This document shows positions 56,097-64,000 of a DNA stretch of 64,000 nucleotides, piece by piece. A program made the position numbers and the translations under genes. Where the stretch lies: assembly GCA_026397015.1 (NCBI GenBank), contig JAPLVR010000006.1, positions 64,977 through 128,976 of the forward strand, written 5' to 3'. The notes beneath the pieces are model-generated. The model did no database searches, was not told where the DNA came from, and saw nothing but the letters and a program-made list of their open reading frames with translations. Within the stretch, counting starts at the first letter, position 1. The number at the start of each line of letters is the position of its first letter. Origin of the DNA: Candidatus Iainarchaeum sp. Lineage in GTDB: Archaea; Iainarchaeota; Iainarchaeia; Iainarchaeales; JAAZKV01.

Positions 56097-57923
56097 ATGG
56101 CAGAAGACTATCTGACCGGGCTGATGAAACAGCTCAAAGACAAAACCGTTTCTGAAACAGGGGAAGAAAATGCGGATTCGGAGACACAGCCGCAGACTTT
56201 TTCAACCGAAAAATCCGCACAAACAACCGACGAAGAAATAATTCTTTCGGCAAAAAAAGAAGATGCGCCGATAATAAAGGCGCCGACTTATGAGGCGGAA
56301 ATCGAAGGGCCAGAAGCGGAAGGCGCGGGAAGAGAAGGAATCGGGATCGATAGAACAGGCGCAGAAACCGGGGCGCTATCTCCTCTGAAAAAAGAAATAA
56401 TCGAAGGGGATGAAAAAGCGGCGGAAGTGATTGAAAAAACAACCGCGGAAAAAGAAGTCGAGCAGAGCCAAAAAATAGAACTGAAATCTTACGGCAAAGT
56501 AAAAATATTTAAGATTCCGGAAAAGCCGCTGCCCTACTATTTCATTCCTACGCCGAGACCGACATCGGCTGAAAGAAAAATAATTAACACGATAAAAGAG
56601 GCAACCACAAGACTAATCTCTATCGCACCCTACAAAGTCAGGGACCCGGAACAAAGGCGCATCGTGTACAAACAAAAAATAATTGAAATAATCAAAAACA
56701 GCCCGTCGCTAAGAGTGCCGGAAAGCAGAATAAATTTTTACGCGGAAGCGGTTGTAAGGGAAATGGTCGGTTACGGAATAATTGACGACCTGATAAAAGA
56801 TGACGGACTTGAAGAAATAATGATAATAGGCCCGAAGAAACCAATCTACGTTTTCCACAGAGAATTCGAAATGATGAGCACCAACATAGAATTTTTTTCC
56901 GAACAGGAAATAGAAGACCTGATAAATAAAATTGCAAGAGAAGTCGGAAGAAGGGTCGATGTTTCGGCGCCGCTACTTGACGCCAGGCTTCCCGACGGAA
57001 GCAGGGTAAATGCAACTATTCCTCCGGCATCCATAAGCGGCGGAACACTAACAATAAGAAAATTCAGGGCAGACCCTTACTCTATAATCGACCTCGTAAA
57101 ATTGGGAACACTTACAAGCGAAGCCGCCGCATTCCTCTGGCTTTGCGCCGAGGGAATGAGCGTGAAACCTGCAAACATCCTAATTTCCGGAGGCACGGGG
57201 TCTGGAAAAACAACGCTGTTGAATGTGCTTACCGCATTTGTTCCGGAAAGGGAAAGAGTAATAACAATCGAAGACACAGCCGAATTAAGTTTGCCGCTCA
57301 AGCACTGGATAAGGATGGAGGGGCGGCCGCCCGGATTGGAGGGAACAGGCGAGTTGAAGATGGATATACTCACAAAGAACTCGCTGAGAATGAGACCGGA
57401 CAGAATCATCGTCGGAGAAATAAGGCACGAAGAAGCATTCACTCTTTTCACCGCACTCAACACGGGCCATGACGGATGCATGGGAACAGTTCACGCAAAC
57501 AGCCCGCAGGAAACAATAATCAGAGTAACGAATCCGCCCATGAATGTTCCGCAAATAATGCTAAGCGGACTAGACTTGATAATAATAGAACACAGGATGC
57601 ACGACAGAAAAAAAGGAACAATAAGAAGAATAACCGAAATAGCCGAAATTTATAACGCGCTCGAAGGCAACCCGAAAACGGAAACAATCTACAAATGGGA
57701 CCCGATTAAAGACACACTTGAAAAAACACTTGTAAACAGCAGGTATCTTGCCGACCTGAGGGCTTTCAGCGGCCTCAATAAGGAACAGATAAATGCGGAG
57801 CTCGAAATAAGAAAAACATTTTTGGAAGAATTGCTCAAACAAAACGTGCGAAGCATCTCCGCGGTTTCATCCGCAACAAAAAAGTTTTTAACAAAAAAAG
57901 CCGAAGCGGGCGATACACGATGA
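56097..57923 (+). CDS. type II/IV secretion-family ATPase (TadA/FlaI/EpdL-like)
   Basis: Walker A SGGTGSGKTTLL, Asp box ITIEDTAEL, Walker B PDRIIVGEIR, His box GHDGCMGTVHAN. The N-terminal ~130 aa is acidic and low-complexity. Confidence 0.85.
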   Translation: MAEDYLTGLMKQLKDKTVSETGEENADSETQPQTFSTEKSAQTTDEEIILSAKKEDAPIIKAPTYEAEIEGPEAEGAGREGIGIDRTGAETGALSPLKKEIIEGDEKAAEVIEKTTAEKEVEQSQKIELKSYGKVKIFKIPEKPLPYYFIPTPRPTSAERKIINTIKEATTRLISIAPYKVRDPEQRRIVYKQKIIEIIKNSPSLRVPESRINFYAEAVVREMVGYGIIDDLIKDDGLEEIMIIGPKKPIYVFHREFEMMSTNIEFFSEQEIEDLINKIAREVGRRVDVSAPLLDARLPDGSRVNATIPPASISGGTLTIRKFRADPYSIIDLVKLGTLTSEAAAFLWLCAEGMSVKPANILISGGTGSGKTTLLNVLTAFVPERERVITIEDTAELSLPLKHWIRMEGRPPGLEGTGELKMDILTKNSLRMRPDRIIVGEIRHEEAFTLFTALNTGHDGCMGTVHANSPQETIIRVTNPPMNVPQIMLSGLDLIIIEHRMHDRKKGTIRRITEIAEIYNALEGNPKTETIYKWDPIKDTLEKTLVNSRYLADLRAFSGLNKEQINAELEIRKTFLEELLKQNVRSISAVSSATKKFLTKKAEAGDTR

Positions 57924-59026
57924 GCGAACAGGGCGCAAGTTCATATGCAATAGACAAGGATGAGGTTGAAAGAATAGTCGAGGGAATGAAGAAGAAATAC
58001 CGCGACGACGGAATGCACTTCGAGGAGGTTTCCGACAATCTCAAAGAATTGCGGGGAATTATTGCGGAAGAATCATATTCAAAAATAGACATCGAAAGCG
58101 AATCGGACGTCGAAAACTTTGATTCAAAAACTATGCAATTCTTCGGAAACTTTTATCTGAAAACAAAAAATTTTCTAAAACCAATACAGAATTCGCTGAA
58201 AAAGCTTCCCTCAAACAAGGAGCTGAGCTATTACCTCTATTCGGCAGACATGCACTATTCGTCAAACCAGTATGTCGCGATATCAAGCGCTGTGGGGCTG
58301 CTCATCGGGCTTATAACATTCGCAATAATAATTCTTTTGAGCGCAATTCTTCTGAATCCGTTGATTTTGATAATCGCCGTTCCAATGGCAGTTGTAACAG
58401 GATTTATTGCAATGATGATTACGCTCTTTATCCCAAAACAAAATGCGATTGCGCGGGGGGAAGCATGCTCGACAGAACTTCCGTTCGCATTGAGACACAT
58501 GGCAACGGAACTCAAAGCCGGAATAGGGTTGTACAAAACAATACAGGCGATTGCGGTTGCCGATTACGGGGTTTTGAGCGAAGAATTTGCAAGAACTATA
58601 AACGAAATCGAAGAGGGAACGGATACAAGCCTCGCATTAAGGCACCTTGCGCTCAGAACACAAAGCAGGCCGCTCAAAATGGCGATGATGCACATAATAA
58701 GGGCGATGCGAATCGGGGGAAACCTTTCTGGAATAATTAATGAAATTGCAAACGATGTTTCCGACGATTTAAAAAACAGAATAAATTCATTCTCGCAAAA
58801 AATGAATCTCTTTTCAGTAATATTTATTTTCCTCGGGATAGTAATTCCAGTCGGAATAACCATACTTGGGGTAATAAGAAACTCGCCGATAACAAGCGGC
58901 AGCCAGGAAATGTTCAAGGCGATTCCGCTGACGCCGCCCGTAATGTTGATATTTTATTTCGTGGTGATGCCAATGCTTTTCATCATGATGAATTTAATGA
59001 TTTATTCAATACAACCAAAAATGTGA
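57920..59026 (+). CDS. single-domain T2SS-F-like platform protein (TadB/EpdJ-like)
   Basis: ATGA overlap with the ATPase gene. T2SSF block ELPFALRHMATELKAGIGLYKTIQAIA, flanked by TM helices. Confidence 0.75.
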   Translation: MSEQGASSYAIDKDEVERIVEGMKKKYRDDGMHFEEVSDNLKELRGIIAEESYSKIDIESESDVENFDSKTMQFFGNFYLKTKNFLKPIQNSLKKLPSNKELSYYLYSADMHYSSNQYVAISSAVGLLIGLITFAIIILLSAILLNPLILIIAVPMAVVTGFIAMMITLFIPKQNAIARGEACSTELPFALRHMATELKAGIGLYKTIQAIAVADYGVLSEEFARTINEIEEGTDTSLALRHLALRTQSRPLKMAMMHIIRAMRIGGNLSGIINEIANDVSDDLKNRINSFSQKMNLFSVIFIFLGIVIPVGITILGVIRNSPITSGSQEMFKAIPLTPPVMLIFYFVVMPMLFIMMNLMIYSIQPKM

Positions 59027-59041
59027 AAAAATGGTGAACAG

Positions 59042-59950
59042 ATGAGCATAGTTGAAGATTACATAGAATGGGTTGAATTCAGCAGAATTCCATTCAAGGC
59101 GCCAGTCTGGGTCACAATGTCGCTGGGAATATCCGCGGCAGTAGGCGCCGCTTCCTTCATAGGAAGCTTCTTCATTCTCAGCGAGATAACGCTGCTTCCA
59201 ATTGCGTTCACACTTGCAACTCTCGTACTGCTTCTCGGCTACCCTTACATGAAAACCGAATCAATAATTGATTCCATCGAAAAAAACTTTAGTGACGCAC
59301 TCAAACAAATGGCTGACACTCTAAAAGCGGGCGACACCTACGAAAGTGCCCTAAGGGAAGTTGCCAACGCAGAATATGGAAGGCTTTCGGAAGAAATGGA
59401 TATCGCGTTACGAAGGCTCGAGGAAGGCGAAAACTTGGAAACATCGCTCAACGGATTCGCAGAAAGGGTTAACTCAAAAGTCGTAAGAAGAACAACAACC
59501 ATAATACTCGATTCGATAAGAACGGGAGCCAGTCTGGCAGACATTCTCGACCAAATTTCTGACGACGTTAGGTCATTCCAAAGAATCAAAGAGGAAAGAA
59601 AAGCGAATACTACAATGCAGTTTGCATTCATGGCATTGGCAGGCGGATTAATAGCGCCCGCAATTTTCGGCGAAGTAAACAGCGTAATGACAATATTTTC
59701 AAAAGTCTCGCTCAAAATGCTTGAAGGGGCGCAGCTGGAAACAAGCAAAAAGGTAACAGAATTTATCATGATGCTAATTCAATCCTACATAATAATTGAA
59801 GTTATCGCATCGGGCGCAATGATGTCAATAATCAGAGAAGGAAAACTCAACAAAAGCGTTATATATATCCCAATACTATTACTGTTGGCATTCATCGCAT
59901 ATTACTCCGCAAGAATGATAACACAGGGGGCGGTTGCCGGAGCGATATAA
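59042..59950 (+). CDS. single-domain T2SS-F-like platform protein (TadC/EpdK-like)
   Basis: T2SSF block FSDALKQMADTLKAGDTYESALREVA, with N- and C-terminal TM helices. Confidence 0.75.
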   Translation: MSIVEDYIEWVEFSRIPFKAPVWVTMSLGISAAVGAASFIGSFFILSEITLLPIAFTLATLVLLLGYPYMKTESIIDSIEKNFSDALKQMADTLKAGDTYESALREVANAEYGRLSEEMDIALRRLEEGENLETSLNGFAERVNSKVVRRTTTIILDSIRTGASLADILDQISDDVRSFQRIKEERKANTTMQFAFMALAGGLIAPAIFGEVNSVMTIFSKVSLKMLEGAQLETSKKVTEFIMMLIQSYIIIEVIASGAMMSIIREGKLNKSVIYIPILLLLAFIAYYSARMITQGAVAGAI

Positions 59951-60003
59951 ATAATTGAAAAATTGGAAATAGGGCGATTAAAAAAATATTGTCGGTGAAA
60001 AGA

Positions 60004-60147
60004 ATGGAAGAAAAAGCACAGGTAAATTTGGAGTACTTGCTGATAATCGCTGGCGCTGTCGTAATAGCGACAGCAGTAGGGCTATTCATAAAACAAAGCG
60101 CAAGCTCGGTAACACGCTCGGCGCAGGAAAAGAGCGCACAGGGTTGA
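60004..60147 (+). CDS. 47-aa Flp-like pilin (below track cutoff)
   Basis: My own translation: MEEKA|QVNLEYLLIIAGAVVIATAVGLFIKQSASSVTRSAQEKSAQG. GGTGA lies 6 nt upstream of the ATG. Confidence 0.6.
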   Translation: MEEKAQVNLEYLLIIAGAVVIATAVGLFIKQSASSVTRSAQEKSAQG

Positions 60148-60241
60148 AAAACGCTTATTCCAGCTTCAAAAAGCAAAACATTTAAAAATTAGGAAACCCT
60201 TATACAATGGTGGTTTTTACGGTTCAAAGGAGGTTATAAAA

Positions 60242-60550
60242 ATGGAGGGAAGAGGACAAGGCTCAATCGAGTATTTGCTTATCATCGGCGCGGCGATAGT
60301 TATTGCTGTAATAGTAATTGCAGTGGTAGTGAGTATCGGCGGAGGCAATAAGGAAAGCACGAATCAGACAACTCTTGAAGCACAAGACATGAAGGAATGC
60401 CTCATAGACTGCTGCTACAAGACACAGAGCATAAAATACAACCTAGACAAAAATGTTAGTCTGCCCGACTGCAACAGCATACCAAATGTATGCCAAGGCC
60501 TAGACATGAATCAGGCAGCTTGCCTTAAGTGTAATAAAGTAAAATGCTAA
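60242..60550 (+). CDS. class III signal peptide pilin with 8-Cys C-terminal domain
   Basis: AAGGAGGT SD. MEGRG|QGSIEYLLIIGAAIVIAVIVIAVVV. The C-terminal ~60 aa contains 8 Cys. Confidence 0.75.
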   Translation: MEGRGQGSIEYLLIIGAAIVIAVIVIAVVVSIGGGNKESTNQTTLEAQDMKECLIDCCYKTQSIKYNLDKNVSLPDCNSIPNVCQGLDMNQAACLKCNKVKC

Positions 60551-60561
60551 TTTTTTGGTAG

Positions 60562-60581
60562 AAAAGGCCTTCGGGCCTTTT
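60562..60581 (+). terminator. perfect hairpin with TTCG loop followed by T-rich tract
   Basis: AAAAGGCC-TTCG-GGCCTTTT, 12 nt after the stop of the pilin gene. Confidence 0.55.
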
Positions 60582-60631
60582 CGAATATTTTTTCATAATT
60601 CCATTTTTTTACTTTGGGCGCTGGCGCAACC

Positions 60632-60639
60632 TTTAAATA
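60632..60639 (+). promoter_or_regulatory. candidate TATA box about 25 nt upstream of ATG 60661
   Basis: TTTAAATA with no SD before the ATG, consistent with a leaderless transcript. Confidence 0.35.
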
Positions 60640-60660
60640 GCAAAATCACGTATTATTAGC

Positions 60661-60993
60661 ATGGAAAATAAAAGGATTATTGAAGCACAGGGGGCAGTCG
60701 AATATTTGCTTCTGCTGGCGGCGGGAGTCGTTGTTGTGGCAGTAGTAATAACTTTCTTGATAAATGCAACCACTGCGGGGCAGGGTGCCGGTTGCCAACA
60801 GCTTAACACCTACCTGTGTGATACCCTGCATTCGAAAACAGATGAATGCGCTTGTTACATAGGGCCTGGGGGAAAGTGGCCTGATGACACTAATGTAGAT
60901 GAATACATGAACGATAATCACAAAGTGAGCAACTTTTGCTGTATAACATACACTAATTGTGCAGCACTTACGTCGAAATGGAACTGTACCTGA
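60661..60993 (+). CDS. class III signal peptide pilin with 8-Cys C-terminal domain
   Basis: MENKRIIEA|QGAVEYLLLLAAGVVVVAVVITFL. The C-terminal ~70 aa contains 8 Cys, including a CC pair. Confidence 0.75.
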   Translation: MENKRIIEAQGAVEYLLLLAAGVVVVAVVITFLINATTAGQGAGCQQLNTYLCDTLHSKTDECACYIGPGGKWPDDTNVDEYMNDNHKVSNFCCITYTNCAALTSKWNCT

Positions 60994-61020
60994 ATAGTTG
61001 AGTCGAAAAGAGCTGAATAA

Positions 61021-61203
61021 ATGGGAATGATAGGAGAAGAGCGAGCGCAGGTCTCATTCGAGTACCTGCTAACAGCGGTTTTCGGGATAGTTCTGGCGAT
61101 AAGCGCCGCGATAATAATTGAAACACTGAGGGAAATAGCTCTGGGCGCTCAGGCGGATATCCTGTCAACAAGAGAAGAAGTAATTTCAAATATAATGAGA
61201 TAA
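61021..61203 (+). CDS. 60-aa Flp-like pilin
   Basis: MGMIGEERA|QVSFEYLLTAVFGIVLAISAAIIIETL, then a short polar tail. Confidence 0.7.
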   Translation: MGMIGEERAQVSFEYLLTAVFGIVLAISAAIIIETLREIALGAQADILSTREEVISNIMR

Positions 61204-61258
61204 AATAGAAACAAGGAGAAAGTCGAAAACGGCAAGGCTTCTCAAGACAAGAAATTTA

Positions 61259-62512
61259 TTATTGGCGCCCGTCTCTTAACAGCAAACTTGGAATAATTCC
61301 GTTCAATTCCCCGATTTTTTCAACCAGATTGGAATACCCTTTTGCCTGCCTTGCAACCCTGCTTCTCAACAAATCGATTTTGCCGGAAATTTCCCTGTGC
61401 AATTTTGACTCAACAGAAGGATTTCTTTTGGCTTTACTTAAAAGTTTTTCCAGTTCGATGCTTGAATGATTAATCATTCTTTGCCATTCCATCAAAAGGC
61501 GCAAATTCCTCAGAACGGAAAATTGAAGGGCCCTTGCCCGTGTGTACGCATGCCCGCTTCCCTTGGAAAGATAAATCTTTTCAAGATTGTCCAAATTTGT
61601 TATGACATCCTGGAGGTCTCTTGAATAATACAAAAATTTTTTAGGATTAAAATTTTTAGAAGTGAAATCGCGGTTGGCTTCAAGAGCCCTCTGAAAAATC
61701 CCTAATTTTTTTATCTGCCTTGTGTTTTCTGCAACAAACCACCAGACCGGGGGCACCCCTCTTGGAACTTCGCGCTGGAAAGCCGCTATCTTTTTGCGAA
61801 GAAGCCTGTAATCACCAACGGACATCTTGTCCAAATCTTTTATCTCCGCCTTTAACAAATCATACGCGCTCTTGCCCCCTCTCTTTGGTGGAACAAGTGA
61901 AATCGAAAAAGAAAAAAGTTTTGGCGCCTCTGGCCCGCCAAGCGGAAGAAAAAATGCGTGCTTTCCATCCTCCACCGGAATTGAAAATAATCCCCCCTTT
62001 CCGCCTTCCCTTAAGCCCGGCTTGAAATTTTGCTCCACAAACCTGCGGAGCTTCCTTGCATTCCCGAAATACAGGGCGGTTCTTGTTACAAAACAAAAAT
62101 GCGAAGCCTGTTGATTTTCCCACGTAAATTTTCCACCGATTTTTTTTATTATGACCGGAAAATTTTGCGTGTAATGCCCGAAAGGGCTGGATTTCACTTC
62201 CAGCGTTTTTGCATTCCTGTCAAAAGATTTTATTACCCTGTCAACCGCCGCCTTGTCTTTTATGCCCCCTGTGTTCTCAATCAGCGCCAATTCCTTGACG
62301 GTTGACAAGAATTCTTTCGACGGCTTTTTGTCTGTTAAAAATACATCGATTCCACTGGACCATTTTTTTGTTCCGTGGGCAAATTTTCCTCCGAGACCTA
62401 TAACTTTCCTCTCGGCCCACCTGCCAAACACTTTGTAAAAGGGAACACGCACCATCACAAAATTAGCGTCGCGGAAGTTTAAATGTGTTTTGGTTTTTGG
62501 AAAACCACCCAA
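61259..62512 (-). CDS. hypothetical basic protein (orphan, 417 aa)
   Basis: Long uninterrupted ORF. The N-terminal half is mixed alpha/beta and the C-terminal ~120 aa is helical. No catalytic or binding motif I recognise. Confidence 0.55.
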   Translation of the reverse strand: MGGFPKTKTHLNFRDANFVMVRVPFYKVFGRWAERKVIGLGGKFAHGTKKWSSGIDVFLTDKKPSKEFLSTVKELALIENTGGIKDKAAVDRVIKSFDRNAKTLEVKSSPFGHYTQNFPVIIKKIGGKFTWENQQASHFCFVTRTALYFGNARKLRRFVEQNFKPGLREGGKGGLFSIPVEDGKHAFFLPLGGPEAPKLFSFSISLVPPKRGGKSAYDLLKAEIKDLDKMSVGDYRLLRKKIAAFQREVPRGVPPVWWFVAENTRQIKKLGIFQRALEANRDFTSKNFNPKKFLYYSRDLQDVITNLDNLEKIYLSKGSGHAYTRARALQFSVLRNLRLLMEWQRMINHSSIELEKLLSKAKRNPSVESKLHREISGKIDLLRSRVARQAKGYSNLVEKIGELNGIIPSLLLRDGRQ

Positions 62513-62566
62513 TTGAGAAGTTGCCGAGCGGAATCAAAATTTGAAAATAATATCCGGGTTTGAAAG

Positions 62567-63700
62567 TTAGCCTTCCCATGCAGCGTTTTCTATTTCCTGA
62601 ACCTTTCTCTTGGCTTTTTTTGAGCGCATTAACTCTCCCTGGTATATTTTCTTGAGTTCTTTGTCGGAAAGCATCAATTTGTCCCAAGGGACTGCAAATC
62701 CTCTTTTTTCGAACATAGAAATCTTGTGCTTCAATTTTGTATTGCCCATCATCAGATATATTTTTCTTTTCAAAGGGTCCTGACCGCGCGAAGCCAAAAG
62801 TTCAACGTTTGCAATAATCTCCCCAGTTGGAACAATCAGCAATCCTGGATTTGTTTGATAAGCTTGCTTTAGCCCGTACAAACTATTGAGGATTGCCCTT
62901 CCTCTCTTTGACCTGAAACTTTTTTCGTGCAAATATTCCCTGAATTTTGGCGTCTTCGCAATGCTCGCAAGTCTGTCCATTCTCCATGCGCGCTTTGAAT
63001 ACAAATCTATAGTGCCCATTCCAGCCTTGTAAAGAATCCTTGCGCGGTCCTGCGCGCCCCTTATTCCGAGCTCCTTAACCAAAAGATTGTGGAGCTCGCG
63101 CAACTGTTTTTCGGGCATTGTCCAAAGATCAACATAATTCAGGCTTTTTGAAAAATCGAATCCCAGGCGCTTGAGAAGTTTCGATCTTGCAGCCCTTTGC
63201 TTCGGGGTCATTTTTAGCATTGCTTTTATTTTTGCCGGAGAAGGGCTTATTCCCTTATAATAATCCGTCATGCTTCCCTTTGCTTCCCTTCTCAAAGAGA
63301 CTGTTCTAACTTTCGTAAGCCCTCTTTCGGTAACTCCAAGCTCCCCGAAAATCATCCTCCTGAGCTTCTCATTGAAAACCGGCCTTGTCGCCCTCAAATC
63401 TGCATGGAATGCATCGTAAATTCTCCTCTCTGGCTGAGCAAGCCCTTGGTAACGATAATCCGAAATTTTTCGACTGACCAGCTGCCCGATTTTCTCGCGC
63501 CCAAGTTTGAGAGCGATTTTATAGTTGTAATAATCGCCGAAACTTTTGAACTTTGCAGGATAGGCTCTTCCGGTTGCCTTGTTGCGTGCGCTTATTCTCC
63601 TCCGCATCCCCTTTAAAACGCGCCTCTCATACGCCGCCTTTTCTTTCAGATTCATCTTGTTAATTTTTTTTGCGGGTTTTCTCGCGGGCATAAAAATCAC
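62567..63700 (-). CDS. hypothetical basic helical-repeat-like protein (orphan, 377 aa)
   Basis: K/R-rich. The motif [LF]-x-x-[LR]-G-[hydrophobic or polar] recurs six times: ALKLGREK, FGELGVTE, LKRLGFDF, VKELGIRG, LASRGQDP, FEKRGFAV. Confidence 0.55.
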   Translation of the reverse strand: MIFMPARKPAKKINKMNLKEKAAYERRVLKGMRRRISARNKATGRAYPAKFKSFGDYYNYKIALKLGREKIGQLVSRKISDYRYQGLAQPERRIYDAFHADLRATRPVFNEKLRRMIFGELGVTERGLTKVRTVSLRREAKGSMTDYYKGISPSPAKIKAMLKMTPKQRAARSKLLKRLGFDFSKSLNYVDLWTMPEKQLRELHNLLVKELGIRGAQDRARILYKAGMGTIDLYSKRAWRMDRLASIAKTPKFREYLHEKSFRSKRGRAILNSLYGLKQAYQTNPGLLIVPTGEIIANVELLASRGQDPLKRKIYLMMGNTKLKHKISMFEKRGFAVPWDKLMLSDKELKKIYQGELMRSKKAKRKVQEIENAAWEG

Positions 63701-63874
63701 GTAACATGAAACAGGCTGCCATGCAACCCTAATAATTAATTTGCGTTCCCTAAGTATTTAATACTTGCTATTCAACCAACCGTGAAACGGCCAAAAGTGG
63801 AATAGGGCGGTTTTCCCGAACCCGAAAGATTTTTTAACTTCAAGGGGCAGGTCTTGTATAAAGAGGGTGGTAAC

Positions 63875-64000
63875 GTGCCGATAATTAGGTTTCGCGAGCC
63901 GCGAATGAAGAAAGAAGTAAAAATGGGCTTTGCCCAAAGGCTAAGATGCGGAACAAAAGCAATGATGACCAACCTCCACGTGAGAATGACCAAAAAAACC
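63875..64000 (+). CDS. 5-prime part of an ORF running off the window edge
   Basis: A GTG at 63875 follows AGAGGGTGG, with an in-frame ATG at 63905. Translation: (M)PIIRFREPRMKKEVKMGFAQRLRCGTKAMMTNLHVRMTKKT... Product not recognised. Confidence 0.3.
   Translation, partial: MPIIRFREPRMKKEVKMGFAQRLRCGTKAMMTNLHVRMTKKT

Noticed and set aside
63772-63993. A 73-aa minus-strand ORF at the window edge.
   Set aside because: It is antisense to a plus-strand ORF that has a good SD (AGAGGGTGG) and runs off the window, and it has no motif.
1-64000. Mobile elements, defence systems (CRISPR-Cas, restriction-modification, toxin-antitoxin) and diversity-generating retroelements, which are common in small archaeal genomes.
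   Set aside because: I recognised no transposase, integrase, reverse transcriptase, Cas, methyltransferase/endonuclease or TA-type ORFs, and saw no template/variable repeat pair. The orphan pair at 61.3-63.7 kb remains the only unexplained module.

Overview
Gene-dense, AT-rich archaeal chromosomal segment. I recognised no rRNA, tRNA, CRISPR array, transposase, integrase or reverse transcriptase. Archaeal identity rests on PriS/PriL primase, two PCNAs, RFC large and small subunits, Orc1/Cdc6, aIF2-alpha, RpoL, exosome Csl4, membrane LonB, archaeal PheRS and Cdc48. A small-genome DPANN-like lineage is only a guess. About three quarters of the window is housekeeping: a replisome cluster (gins-priS-priL-pcna-pcna), translation, proteostasis, and a cell-envelope cluster with an S-layer protein and a GT2 synthase. 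The non-housekeeping content, in order of interest: (1) an Epd/Tad-like type IV filament locus at 56.1-61.2 kb, with one ATPase, two separate TadB/TadC-like platform genes and four Flp-like pilins, two of which carry 8-cysteine C-terminal knobs; (2) a second cluster of six pilin-like genes at 37.8-40.0 kb with two different signal-peptide types; (3) a pair of paralogous proteins at 30.5-31.9 kb, one extremely basic with two HMG/YABBY-like P-S-x-Y-N-x-F-I motifs and a perfect 17-aa tandem repeat, a candidate novel chromatin protein; (4) two large basic orphan proteins at 61.3-63.7 kb; (5) smaller oddities: an RGG/FG tail on Csl4, an NFACT-R-only RqcH remnant, a GC-rich unit upstream of thrS, a long hairpin in a 350-bp spacer, and several ORFs below the track cutoff. 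All functional calls come from motifs read by eye. No database search was possible.
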